DNA of 60,876 bases, the filler included, from Candidatus Zapsychrus exili (GTDB taxonomy: Bacteria; Omnitrophota; Gorgyraeia; Zapsychrales; Zapsychraceae): assembly GCA_030765585.1 (NCBI GenBank). It is 8 parts of 8 records of this genome, joined end to end, with 100 filler letters (N's around TTAATTAATTAA, not from the genome) between each part and the next. Parts side by side here need not be neighbours in the genome. Positions count along the whole stretch, not along the records: positions 1 to 5,096 come from JAVCCJ010000104.1; positions 5,197 to 22,955 come from JAVCCJ010000060.1; 6 more parts are not named here. One strand, given 5' to 3'. Made by a program: the position numbers and the translations under genes. This document shows positions 1 through 10,219 of this stretch, piece after piece. The notes under the pieces are model-generated. The model saw only the letters and a program-made list of their open reading frames with translations, made no database searches and was not told the DNA's origin. Position 1 is the stretch's first letter, and every line of letters starts with the position of its first letter.

Positions 1-194
1 ACTATTGCTGCCATTTCTTTTTCAAACTTCCCTGTTCTTTTTGCAATTACATTGATTTGTTCATTAGATAACTCGATACATTCGCCCCTTACGCCAAGAT
101 CAATGATTTTTTCTGAATAGCAAGGGGAACCCGCTATGAGCACGAAAAGCCCGTAATTGAGTATATTGAAAATGACTTTTTGATTAAGCATTAT

Positions 195-611
195 CTATGA
201 ATCCAATCCTTTCACTATTTTTCTTTTCAACCACTCATCTTTTTTCTTTTGCCATTCTGCTTCTCTTTTGATATTTTTTTCTCTCTCAAGAAACTCTCTA
301 CGACTATGCCTTCCTGTTTCTGTAGAGCGTATATAACCAGCACCTGCTTTTTGCTTTTTTGCTTGACGGATTTTCACTATAATATCGCTTGGCATTAAGC
401 CAAAATCTGTGACCACGTTTTCGCGACCAAATCTCTCCCCTAGCACTTCTTCAGAAGTTACAACCCACCACAAATAAGTACCCATAAGAAGCATAAGCAA
501 ACCACTAACTGCATAAAAAACAAATGCAAAAAATTTTCTGCAGTTGCTTACTATTAGCTTTAGTAATATTAACGCTATTAAAAAACCGACTACATAGAAC
601 TCTATTCTCAT
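195..611 (-). CDS. hypothetical membrane protein (two N-terminal TM helices, basic C-terminal tail)
   Basis: ORF track 195..659; ATG at 611 (MRIEF) avoids overlap with the upstream gene; two hydrophobic segments. Confidence 0.6.
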   Translation of the reverse strand: MRIEFYVVGFLIALILLKLIVSNCRKFFAFVFYAVSGLLMLLMGTYLWWVVTSEEVLGERFGRENVVTDFGLMPSDIIVKIRQAKKQKAGAGYIRSTETGRHSRREFLEREKNIKREAEWQKKKDEWLKRKIVKGLDS

Positions 612-615
612 AGCT

Positions 616-2052
616 TTACCCTGCCTTCCCCACAGCAGACGATGCTGCAGCTGCAACATTCCCCGTAGGAATTTTCTCCGGTCGCACCATAGATGTCACT
701 GTCCCATTAATAAAGACCCAAGATACATAAGGAGTTAAAATTACCAGCAAAACTGTTAAAGTAGGTATTTCTAAATTGTTCATCCAAAAAGAACTCTTCC
801 CTGACATCATAGTTATTAACCTGCCAGCGAATGTTCCAACCAATCCTGCTATCGCCCAGCATATAGTCCAACTGTGAACCCACAATACAGTAGTAAAAAA
901 TTTCAACATTGCACTAAGTCGCCCAGGTAGTAATGCCAATAAAAAGATAATAGGCGAAGCCGCATATAGTAGCAGTAAACATGCTCCTTGCAAATACGGC
1001 AATATTCTCACAACTGTTGAACACATCGCCAAAAATGCTGGAATAGTAAGAAGTTGCCCTATGCGTCCTAACGTTTTGGCCCCAGCTGCGTCTGCAAAAA
1101 GAGATCCTGTCGGTGATATGTTTCTTACTATCTGTGCCATAGAGTCCGTATCTTTGTTCACTTTTTTTTCAAAGTTTCGCACAATATCCTCCAAAAGCTG
1201 ATCTTCTAAAGCTACTCCACGAGCCCTTCTACTCATAGCGAACATCATCCCTCCTCCAATACCAGGAATCCTATACCATGCTCTTTTGAGATAACTTTTT
1301 ACCTGCTCCCATGCCGTAAATTGCCTTCTTGCATCTTGTTTCAAAAGCTTTCTTACCTTGCCATAAGCCTCATTACAATACATTGGTACTCCATTAATGG
1401 TTGTTGTCCACTCAGTTCCCTTTCCTTTAACATGTTTTTCATACATTTTTTTATAAGCTTCATTACCTATAAAATCCCTTGGACCAATTACAGTTACTCC
1501 TTCATTTTCACATGCAGTCATAGCCTTTGAAGTGCAATCCGCAACAAACCTTAAATAATCACCCCTGACATTCTCCCCCATATTTAATCCTGCTACTTCT
1601 GCCTGCAATGTGACGAAATCCAAAAAAACAGCGTGATAGTCCCCTCCGCTAATCATATATGCTATTGCATTAGTTAACTCATCTATACTTTGCACTATTT
1701 TAAAAAAAACCACTGGTACTCTCGCGCTTCCCATATCGCCTTTAAGCCCCTTGAATTTTTCAAACACTTTGTCTGCAGACTCTCTACCTGAACGAGACTG
1801 TATGTTGTTAATGCTAATTACCATTTTATGATTTACAAGAATTGAAAATAAAATTATCACAAGCAGGTAGTTTATAACTGACGAACTCCATGGCCCCTCG
1901 CCACTCATAACGCTTCGCCAAACAATAACTACCAAACTAATTGCAACTACCGTTATATAGGCCACTTTTAACATAGATAGCACTTTCCCGCATATAGACA
2001 ATCCCAAAAACATCAACACTGAATCAACCGGAAAAGCACCCAATTTAATCAT
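616..2052 (-). CDS. conjugal transfer TraG N-terminal domain (VirB6-like) membrane protein
   Basis: Multi-TM N-terminus, periplasmic region with FVADC..C, C-terminal TM cluster ILPYLQG..P..FLLALLPG..W...W typical of TraG_N; co-oriented with the TraH-like gene. Confidence 0.7.
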   Translation of the reverse strand: MIKLGAFPVDSVLMFLGLSICGKVLSMLKVAYITVVAISLVVIVWRSVMSGEGPWSSSVINYLLVIILFSILVNHKMVISINNIQSRSGRESADKVFEKFKGLKGDMGSARVPVVFFKIVQSIDELTNAIAYMISGGDYHAVFLDFVTLQAEVAGLNMGENVRGDYLRFVADCTSKAMTACENEGVTVIGPRDFIGNEAYKKMYEKHVKGKGTEWTTTINGVPMYCNEAYGKVRKLLKQDARRQFTAWEQVKSYLKRAWYRIPGIGGGMMFAMSRRARGVALEDQLLEDIVRNFEKKVNKDTDSMAQIVRNISPTGSLFADAAGAKTLGRIGQLLTIPAFLAMCSTVVRILPYLQGACLLLLYAASPIIFLLALLPGRLSAMLKFFTTVLWVHSWTICWAIAGLVGTFAGRLITMMSGKSSFWMNNLEIPTLTVLLVILTPYVSWVFINGTVTSMVRPEKIPTGNVAAAASSAVGKAG

Positions 2053-3554
2053 TTTCTAAACGCTCCATCTGCCATCTTAAATAGCTCTTTTGCCTTTTTC
2101 CCATTAATCTCTCGAAGAGCCTTGTACTCTCTAAACGCATCATTGTATCGCTCTAGACATAAGTAGGTTATCCCAAGATAAAAATGCACATCATCCAAGC
2201 GTTTTTCTACATCTTTCTCCGACATTGCTTTTTTTAAATGCGAAATAATTATAGGAGCTTTTTCTAGATTCGCCGGAAGCTCATTAAAAGCTAAACGATA
2301 CCAAATTTCACCGATGTAAAAATGCGAAAGAGCCGCACAGGAATAATTGGGGTTAATTTCTAACGCTTTTTCAAATTCCAGCACTGCTTCTCGATCCTTA
2401 GTTCTGTCATTTCTCATTATCAAACACACACCTAATGCATGATGTCCCATTGCAAAATCAGGTTTGATTTTCAGCGATTTTCTATATGCGTCTTCTGCTT
2501 TCTGATAGTGAAGACGCCAATCAGGATTATCTAAATTACAATAAAACCCTGCTTCTAACCATCTCGCTGCATGATAGTGCCCTCTTCCAATATAGTACTG
2601 TTTTTCAAAAGATCCATCCTCAAGATTAAAACGTTCTGCTGGATTATCCTTATAAATCTCAGCCATTTTTAACTTTTCACTCGATATTGAACAAACTATT
2701 CCTAGTGTTAACGCTATTTCAGAATCATTAGGAGTATATTGCACAGCCTTTTGTAGCCACTTTCTAGCCTTCTTATACTGCTTTAATTCAAAATAATATT
2801 CACCTATCCTATAACATGCCCTAGGGCTTTTATAATTGATTTTAACCTCTATTCTAAACTCTTTCACAGCTTTAGCATGTTGCTCTTTCATATGCTCGTC
2901 TTTTGAAAAAACCCCACTTTTAGCAAGACGAAGATATGCCAATCCCAGTTGATGATGTCCTTTGGCATCGCTAGCCGATCGCGACCAAAATCCAATGCTC
3001 TCTTTCCAAAAAATAATTTTATTTACAATATCTAAAACCTCATCAAGCCCCTTAAGGCTATTCAAATAGGGGATAGGAGAGTTAACAAGACTTTTACATA
3101 CCTTTGCTTTCCTTAGCCATATCCTTGCTTCTTTATAACGTCCCAATGCAGCATAATTTTTACCCACCATGAAGTGTGCATCAGCAAGATCAACATTAAG
3201 TTTTATCGCTTTTTTATAAATTTTTATCGCCTTATCGTATTCTCCAAAAAAGGAATAACAACTTCCAAGCCAAAGGTATAAAGTTGGATCGTCGGGATTC
3301 ATTTGCAGCATATCTTTAAATTCATTAATCGCATTTTTATAGTCATTTCTCTCAGCAAACGCTATCCCCCGTTTCAAATGATAGCCAAACTTTTGTTTAG
3401 TTTCTTCATATCTCTTATCCCAATCAATTTCTGCAATTTTCTTTGTTTCTTCGAATGTTAACTCTTTTTGACACCACCCACACCTTAAACCCAAAAAAGC
3501 AATACAAACTACTAAAAATGCTGTTAAACTATATTTAAAATTTTCGGCTCTCAT
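2049..3554 (-). CDS. tetratricopeptide repeat protein with signal peptide
   Basis: Repeated TPR motifs (LYLWLGSCY..GEYDKAIKIYKKAIKLN, AHFMVGKNY, HHALG); GGAG RBS before ATG 3554. Confidence 0.85.
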   Translation of the reverse strand: MRAENFKYSLTAFLVVCIAFLGLRCGWCQKELTFEETKKIAEIDWDKRYEETKQKFGYHLKRGIAFAERNDYKNAINEFKDMLQMNPDDPTLYLWLGSCYSFFGEYDKAIKIYKKAIKLNVDLADAHFMVGKNYAALGRYKEARIWLRKAKVCKSLVNSPIPYLNSLKGLDEVLDIVNKIIFWKESIGFWSRSASDAKGHHQLGLAYLRLAKSGVFSKDEHMKEQHAKAVKEFRIEVKINYKSPRACYRIGEYYFELKQYKKARKWLQKAVQYTPNDSEIALTLGIVCSISSEKLKMAEIYKDNPAERFNLEDGSFEKQYYIGRGHYHAARWLEAGFYCNLDNPDWRLHYQKAEDAYRKSLKIKPDFAMGHHALGVCLIMRNDRTKDREAVLEFEKALEINPNYSCAALSHFYIGEIWYRLAFNELPANLEKAPIIISHLKKAMSEKDVEKRLDDVHFYLGITYLCLERYNDAFREYKALREINGKKAKELFKMADGAFRK

Positions 3555-3570
3555 GTTCTTCTCCAAAGTT

Positions 3571-4866
3571 CTACTCTTCCGCTGTTGGATTTGTGAATTT
3601 TGGACTAAAAACCCCTTCAAAAACACTAACAGGTTTAGTCCCTACAGCATCCTTAACAGCCTTAGCCCGCCACTCTTTGCTTCTCTTTATTGCCTCGAAC
3701 ATAGTGTTATAAGCCCTTTTCTGCGCTTCGGCACGAATTACAATTCCATCTTTTTTAATTTTAATTCCATCAATTTTTGCCGCTAAGTATTTTCTATGTT
3801 CTAAAGAAATGCTGGGATCTCCCATCCCCTTCTCAAGATTTCTCTGTGCTTTGTCTAAATTATCTAAAGTTTCCAGTCCCGCATACGAAGTCAAATACGC
3901 TCTAAATACTATTTCCTTTTCATTTAAAGGCAACAACATTGCGTCTTTCATCCATTCTTTAGTTACTATCAAATCCGGCCGAGAGAGTTTAGCCTGATCC
4001 TCAGAAGTAAACTCTCCCCCATTCTCAAGCTTTCTTATTATTGGATCAAGAACTACCTCTTCTTGCTTTTTTTTAATATCTGCATACATCTGAACTTCAT
4101 CAATTGTTGGCTTCTTCCAGTTTATGGAACCACTACCTTTTATAACAACATCTCCCAAGAGACCAGCTATATAATCTCTTGTTGTGCTACCCACGCCTCC
4201 AGCTTCTTTGCTTTCTAGATATTGTCCTATCACGCTGTATCCTTCTTCTCCACTGCCTATTTGTCCGGAACCTTGATATTTATTTAATCCACTTGCCCAG
4301 TCTTCTTTATTGGCATAATCATTAGTAAGTCTATTTGCTTCTTTTATATCACTTGGATCTTGTTCGCTTCTGTATCTATTACGAGCTATATTTCTAAGAC
4401 TTTGCCCTAAATTTGTCGCGAGTTGTTGTTGTCTTTCACAACTCGCATACTGCATTTCCATGCTCATGTTGCTCATGGCTTTTAGGTGTTTTACGATATC
4501 GGCGAGCGTAGGAGAAATATACTCCAATAAAAGTATGGGTGCGCTGCTAATCGCTCCACCTTTTAAAGCCTCCCAGTAGCGATCAAGCGCCTGCTGATTT
4601 AATGTGTTTTTAAAATTTACTTCCCAATCAAACCTGCCACATCCAGCTTCTACATTTGTATGAATTTCAATTAATTTTTCAGTGGGTTTATATGGCGGCG
4701 CATAATCAATACCACCACGATAAACAAACCCGTCCTTATCTTTGTTGTAATACTGATAATACTCTATATTTGTACTTTTTGCCTCTTCATCGTCCCACAA
4801 ATCCGCAAAAACAGTAGAGCATGAAAAAACGATAATTAGAGTAATAAAACTGATTTTTTTAATCAT
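3571..4866 (-). CDS. integrating conjugative element protein, PFL_4711/TraH-like
   Basis: Signal peptide, GCGRFD motif and later SCE motif as in TraH/PFL_4711-like proteins; upstream of a TraG_N gene. Confidence 0.6.
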   Translation of the reverse strand: MIKKISFITLIIVFSCSTVFADLWDDEEAKSTNIEYYQYYNKDKDGFVYRGGIDYAPPYKPTEKLIEIHTNVEAGCGRFDWEVNFKNTLNQQALDRYWEALKGGAISSAPILLLEYISPTLADIVKHLKAMSNMSMEMQYASCERQQQLATNLGQSLRNIARNRYRSEQDPSDIKEANRLTNDYANKEDWASGLNKYQGSGQIGSGEEGYSVIGQYLESKEAGGVGSTTRDYIAGLLGDVVIKGSGSINWKKPTIDEVQMYADIKKKQEEVVLDPIIRKLENGGEFTSEDQAKLSRPDLIVTKEWMKDAMLLPLNEKEIVFRAYLTSYAGLETLDNLDKAQRNLEKGMGDPSISLEHRKYLAAKIDGIKIKKDGIVIRAEAQKRAYNTMFEAIKRSKEWRAKAVKDAVGTKPVSVFEGVFSPKFTNPTAEE

Positions 4867-5196
4867 TGGCTTTTATCCCTTTATTTTGTTCCTCTGCTTA
4901 TATAACAGATAATCTTTTGATTTTAGACATTTTATTTTCAATTTTTTTTAAAAAATAATATTTAGAACAACTATTAAGAAGGCAAAACCTATACAAATGA
5001 TAAAGAGATGCTAACAAATTCTCTCAGGACCTGGCAGGAAAAAACAACAACTTATGATCTAAAAAAACCTGAGCATGAGCAAGAAAAAGGTATTGANNNN
5101 NNNNNNNNNNNNNNNNNNNNNNNNNNNNNNNNNNNNNNNNTTAATTAATTAANNNNNNNNNNNNNNNNNNNNNNNNNNNNNNNNNNNNNNNNNNNN

Positions 5197-7314
5197 AGAA
5201 TCAATTTAGGTCTAGATTTAAAAGGAGGAATGCATCTTATACTTAGAGTTGACACCCAGAAACTTGACGACAACGCAAAAAGCGATGCTGTACTTCGCGC
5301 TATAGAAATACTTCGAAATCGTATCGATGGTATAGGCGTAGGAGAAACAATCATACAGAGGCAGGGAGAGAATGAAATACTTGTTCAACTTCCTGGCATT
5401 ACTGACCGTGATGCGGCAATTGCAATGGTAGGAAGAGTTGCTCAGCTTGAATTTCGCCTTGTAAGCGATGACGCAAACAAACTAAAAGAAGCTCTTTCAG
5501 GTGCTACTCCAGAAGGATACCTCTTAAAGAAAATCAAAAAGGAAAGCAAAGAACCTATCTTGCTTGAAGATAAGGTAGTCTTAAGCGGCGAAACAATAGC
5601 TGATGCAAGAGTTGATTTTGATACTAGCGGTTTTGGTCAACCTTACATTTCTTTAAAATTTAACTCAAAAGGCGCAAAAACATTTGGCGATGTAACTCGA
5701 GATAATACCGGAAGAAGGCTTGCTATTCTTCTAGACGGCGAAGTTCTTTCGGCTCCAAACATACAAGAAGCCATAATGGGAGGCAGCGCTCAGATTACAG
5801 GACAATTTACTTTTGAAGAAGCATCGCTTCTTTCATTATCACTTCGTTCAGGTGCACTTCCAGCTCCAATGCATATCGAAGAAGAGAGAACCATAGGGCC
5901 GCTTTTAGGAAAAGACTCTATTGACGCAGGAATAAATGCAACAATCATCGGAGGAGCACTAGTAATTATCTTCATGATGCTTTATTACCTTAAAGCAGGT
6001 ATTATATCTAACATAGCTCTTATGCTTAATCTTCTTTTGATATTCGGCATAATGGGATTCTTAAACATGATGCTTCCAGAATCTCAACTAACTTTAACAT
6101 TGCCAGGTATCGCAGGTATCATACTAACGCTTGGTATGGCGGTTGATGCAAACGTTTTAATTAATGAACGTATTCGAGAAGAAATAAACAATGGTCGCCC
6201 TCTACAGGCTTCTATAAATAATGGATTTAATAAAGCATTAAAAGCCATTGTTGATTCAAATTCAACAACGCTTATCGCAGCTTTTATGCTTTTTCAATTT
6301 GGTTCTGGACCTATAAAAGGTTTTGCTGTTACCTTGTCAATTGGTCTTATATCAAGTCTTTTTACAGCATTATTTGTAACACGTACCCTATTTAATGCTT
6401 TTTTTGCAGCTGGTTGGATAAAAAGACTCCCTATGTTAGGACTTCTGCATGATACAAAAATAAATTTTGTATCAAAAAGATTTATATGTTTTGCAATATC
6501 AGCAATTTTAGTTATAGGCAGCCTTTTTGTCTTACACAACAAAAAGAAAGATGCTTACGGAATTGATTTTGTCGGAGGACAAATTCAAGAGTATAGATTT
6601 AATAAGCCTATAGAAGCAGATGCTCTTAGATTGTCTCTAAAAACAAGTGGCGTAGAAGACGCTGCCATACAGCAATTCGATAAAAATCCAGAAAACGTAA
6701 TTATTCGTACAACAGAAGACACTTATGACAAAGTTACTTCAGGATTTAAGAATACATTTCCTGGCAATAACTTTGAAATTCTTAGAATAGAGAAGGTAGG
6801 TCCTGTTGTAGGCGAAGCTCTTAGAAAGCAAGCTATACTTGCTATTGTCTTTGCCTTAGGAGGAATTCTTATTTTCGTAGGATTCAGATTCAAGCATTTC
6901 GACTTTGCAACAGCAGGCGTAATAGCACTTTTGCACGACGTGCTTATAACTCTTGGCATTCTTGTTATGTTTAACAGGCAAATAGACCTGCTCGTTGTAA
7001 CAGCGCTTTTGACAATCGCTGGTTACTCAATCAACGACACAATCATTATATATGATCGCGTAAGAGAGAATTTGACCAAGCAAAGAAAAAGTAGCTTGGC
7101 GGAAATAATAAACATCAGCATAAACGAAACATTAGGAAGAACAATACTTACGACCATCACGACTTTGTTAGTTGTAGTTACGTTGTTCCTTAAAGGCGGA
7201 GAAGTATTAAATACTTTTGCTCTTTGTCTTATAATAGGTTTTATTGCTGGTACATATTCTACAATTTTTATTGCTTCTCCGCTTGTTCTTGCTTGGGAGA
7301 AGAAAAAAAAATAA
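5197..7314 (+). CDS. secDF: protein translocase subunit SecDF fusion (5' truncated by contig edge)
   Basis: Frame open from contig start (RINLGLDLKGG); SecD motifs GMAVDANVLINERIREE and GPIKGFAVTL; SecF motifs GIDFVGG and GYSINDTIIIYDRVRE. Confidence 0.97.
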   Translation, partial: RINLGLDLKGGMHLILRVDTQKLDDNAKSDAVLRAIEILRNRIDGIGVGETIIQRQGENEILVQLPGITDRDAAIAMVGRVAQLEFRLVSDDANKLKEALSGATPEGYLLKKIKKESKEPILLEDKVVLSGETIADARVDFDTSGFGQPYISLKFNSKGAKTFGDVTRDNTGRRLAILLDGEVLSAPNIQEAIMGGSAQITGQFTFEEASLLSLSLRSGALPAPMHIEEERTIGPLLGKDSIDAGINATIIGGALVIIFMMLYYLKAGIISNIALMLNLLLIFGIMGFLNMMLPESQLTLTLPGIAGIILTLGMAVDANVLINERIREEINNGRPLQASINNGFNKALKAIVDSNSTTLIAAFMLFQFGSGPIKGFAVTLSIGLISSLFTALFVTRTLFNAFFAAGWIKRLPMLGLLHDTKINFVSKRFICFAISAILVIGSLFVLHNKKKDAYGIDFVGGQIQEYRFNKPIEADALRLSLKTSGVEDAAIQQFDKNPENVIIRTTEDTYDKVTSGFKNTFPGNNFEILRIEKVGPVVGEALRKQAILAIVFALGGILIFVGFRFKHFDFATAGVIALLHDVLITLGILVMFNRQIDLLVVTALLTIAGYSINDTIIIYDRVRENLTKQRKSSLAEIINISINETLGRTILTTITTLLVVVTLFLKGGEVLNTFALCLIIGFIAGTYSTIFIASPLVLAWEKKKK

Positions 7315-7337
7315 TAAAGTGTTTTTATAATAACTAC

Positions 7338-7373
7338 TATAAAGCCACCTCACAAGCTCGGGGTGGCTTTATA
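7338..7373 (+). terminator. stem-loop between secDF and mfd (AGCCAC/GTGGCT family)
   Basis: TATAAAGCCACCTC-N8-GGGGTGGCTTTATA inverted repeat. Confidence 0.6.
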
Positions 7374-7386
7374 ATTGGATTAGATC

Positions 7387-9294
7387 ATGACATTTGAATC
7401 TCTTGAACTTTTTGTTGGGCAAATAATCGACTTTGATTGTTTATTAAACAATCTTGCAGCCTTAAGATACAGAAAAACAAAAAAAGCGATACAAGAAGGT
7501 GACTATAGCTACAGAGGAGAGATAATAGATATCTATCCTATAAATTTCGATTCTCCGATACGCATTGACTTTAATAATGACAAAATACAGCGAATAGCAA
7601 GCGTAAACATTGCAACTGGAAAATCTATCTGGCAGCATAAAATAACAATAATCCTACCAAATAAAATAACCAACAAAAAACAAGTATTCTCCTCGGACAT
7701 ACCTTTAAACAACTTTGTAGACATAAGAGAAGGTGATTATGTTGTTCATCATAATCACGGCATTGGAAAGTTTCTAGGTATAACAGAACTATCCGTCAAC
7801 AATGAACTTAAGCCACATTTTGTTATTGAATATTCTCAAGGAGATAAGCTTTTTGTTCCAAAGCACGACATACGACTTGTGCAAAAATATTTAAGTTTCA
7901 ATAAAAAACCTCCAAGATTATATAAGCTTGGAAGTAAAGAATGGAAAAGAGTCAGAAGCCATATTCAAAAAAACCTGCAAAGAATTGCAGCCGAACTTCT
8001 TCACATACAAGCAGCGAGAGCATCATTAAAAGGATTTGCATACTCAAAAGACACTGAGTGGCAAAAAGAATTTGAAGATTCATTTCCTTTTAAAGATACT
8101 CCAGATCAAATAGAGACATTAATTAATGTCAAAAAAGATATGGAGTCGATTAAGCCAATGGATAGATTACTCTGTGGAGACGTAGGATATGGAAAAACAG
8201 AGGTGGCATTAAGGGCTGCATTTAAAGCTGTTATGGATAATAAACAAGTAGCTGTCTTAGTTCCGACAACCATACTTGCAGAACAGCATTACTATAATTT
8301 CTCAAATCGTCTTAAAAAATATCCTGTTAATATAGCTATGCTTAGTCGCTTTAGAACAAAAAGTGAGCAAACAAAAATAGTAAAAGAATTAAACGAAGGA
8401 AACGTTGATATAGTAATAGGGACACACCGGCTTCTATCGAAAGATATAGGCTTTAAAGATTTAGGACTTATCATAATTGATGAGGAACAACGCTTTGGAG
8501 TTAAGTCAAAAGAAAAACTAAAACACTACCGAATGCTTGCAGATGTACTAACACTTACTGCAACGCCCATACCACGTACTTTATATATGTCACTAACAGG
8601 GGCGAGAGATATGTCTATAATATCCACACCTCCACAAAACCGAGTGCCTGTTGAAACGCATATAGAAAAATTTGATGAAGATATGATAAAAACCTCAATA
8701 ACCAAAGAATTGAAAAGAAACGGCCAAGTGTTTTTTCTTCATAATCGTGTTGAAGATATCAATAAAATTGCTAAGATAATAGAGCGAATAGTTGATGGAG
8801 CCAGAGTCGCGATTGGTCACGGGCAAATGGCACCTCGTGCACTTGAAGAAATAATGATAAAGTTTCTTGAAGGTGAGATCGATGTTTTAGTCTGTACTAC
8901 AATTATAGAATCTGGTATAGATATTCCAAACGCAAATACATTAATCGTTAATCACGCAGACAGGTTTGGGCTTTCAGATCTTCATCAGCTTAGAGGTAGA
9001 GTGGGAAGGGCAAATAAAAAGGCGTACGCCTATTTTATTGTTCCTCCTCGCAAAGTCCTATCTTCTATAGCAAAAGCTAGAATTGAAGCAATAGAGAAAT
9101 ATAAGGATTTAGGGTCAGGCTTTCATATTGCTTTTGAAGACATGCAACTACGCGGGACAGGAAATTTATTAGGACAAGAACAACACGGCTATATAGTTTC
9201 AATTGGATTTGATTTATATTGCCGACTATTAAAAGAATCTGTTGAAAACTTAAAAAAACAAATGGAAGAAGGTTCAAATGATAAAACTAGCTAA
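7387..9294 (+). CDS. mfd: transcription-repair coupling factor, compact form
   Basis: UvrB-like segment, RNAP-interaction domain (GDYVVHHNHGIG), helicase motifs CGDVGYGKT, DEEQRFG, TATPIPRT, QLRGRVGR and TRG motif; ends before the usual C-terminal domain. Confidence 0.93.
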   Translation: MTFESLELFVGQIIDFDCLLNNLAALRYRKTKKAIQEGDYSYRGEIIDIYPINFDSPIRIDFNNDKIQRIASVNIATGKSIWQHKITIILPNKITNKKQVFSSDIPLNNFVDIREGDYVVHHNHGIGKFLGITELSVNNELKPHFVIEYSQGDKLFVPKHDIRLVQKYLSFNKKPPRLYKLGSKEWKRVRSHIQKNLQRIAAELLHIQAARASLKGFAYSKDTEWQKEFEDSFPFKDTPDQIETLINVKKDMESIKPMDRLLCGDVGYGKTEVALRAAFKAVMDNKQVAVLVPTTILAEQHYYNFSNRLKKYPVNIAMLSRFRTKSEQTKIVKELNEGNVDIVIGTHRLLSKDIGFKDLGLIIIDEEQRFGVKSKEKLKHYRMLADVLTLTATPIPRTLYMSLTGARDMSIISTPPQNRVPVETHIEKFDEDMIKTSITKELKRNGQVFFLHNRVEDINKIAKIIERIVDGARVAIGHGQMAPRALEEIMIKFLEGEIDVLVCTTIIESGIDIPNANTLIVNHADRFGLSDLHQLRGRVGRANKKAYAYFIVPPRKVLSSIAKARIEAIEKYKDLGSGFHIAFEDMQLRGTGNLLGQEQHGYIVSIGFDLYCRLLKESVENLKKQMEEGSNDKTS

Positions 9295-10219
9295 GCGCGC
9301 AAAATCCATATTAATTATATTTATTTCCTTATTACTTTTTACCAGCAATGCTTTTTCTATTGAAGATTCAATTATTGCAATAGTAAATGATGAAGTTATA
9401 ACGCAAAAAGATTTAGAAAGTTACATTAACTCTACTTACGTAAACATGGCAACAGAAGGTGCGGACAAAGACCAAATAGAATCTATAATGAATGAACTTA
9501 GCTCAAATGGATTAAATAAACTAATAGAAGACAAGCTTCTTCTAAGTAAAGCTAATGGAATGGAGCTTACGCTAAACGAAAAAGTTATACAAGAGCGCAT
9601 TGATTCAATCATAAAGAAATATCCATCAGAGCAAGACTTTATTAAAGCGCTTGTAAGTAATGGCTCTACAATAACTGATTTAAGAAATAAAATAGCAGAC
9701 CAACTAAAAATTCAGTACATAATCAAAAGTGAAATTAAATCTAAGATTTATGTTAATCCAAAAGAAATTACAACATTCTACGAAGAAAACTTAGATAAGT
9801 TCAAAAGAAAAGAACGAGTCAATATCGAATCTATTTATGTGCAATTTAAAGGACCAAAAGAAGATGCGCGCAATAAAGCAAAAGAAGCTCTAAGCCTGAT
9901 TAATCAAGGAAGAAGCTTTAAAGAAGTGTCTGAAGAATTTTCTGACACTCCTTCTGTAGGCGTAGTAGAAAAAGGTCAATTTCTTTCCGAAATCGAAGAT
10001 GTGATATTTAACCTCTCAAAAAACGAAGTGTCTGAAATGATAGAGGTGGATACAGGTATTTTTATTTTCAAATTAGTCGGTAAAATACCTAGTAAAGTAG
10101 CCGAACTAAAAGAAGCAAAGGCAGGCATAGAAGATCTTATATATCAAATAAAAATGAAAGAAAAAATAGAAGAACTATTTAAAGAGCTTAAAGAAAATGC
10201 CTACATTGAAATTAAGTAA
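9278..10219 (+). CDS. SurA/PrsA-like peptidyl-prolyl isomerase chaperone
   Basis: Signal peptide, IIAIVNDEVIT SurA N-domain, parvulin-like segment; surA-pdxA-rsmA synteny. Confidence 0.85.
   Translation: MIKLAKRAKSILIIFISLLLFTSNAFSIEDSIIAIVNDEVITQKDLESYINSTYVNMATEGADKDQIESIMNELSSNGLNKLIEDKLLLSKANGMELTLNEKVIQERIDSIIKKYPSEQDFIKALVSNGSTITDLRNKIADQLKIQYIIKSEIKSKIYVNPKEITTFYEENLDKFKRKERVNIESIYVQFKGPKEDARNKAKEALSLINQGRSFKEVSEEFSDTPSVGVVEKGQFLSEIEDVIFNLSKNEVSEMIEVDTGIFIFKLVGKIPSKVAELKEAKAGIEDLIYQIKMKEKIEELFKELKENAYIEIK

Noticed and set aside
5097..5196. Recurring N-run/TTAATTAATTAA/N-run blocks (seven in the window)
   Set aside because: Artificial 100-bp contig linkers with stops in all frames; ORFs running into them and cross-gap gene neighbourhoods are artefacts
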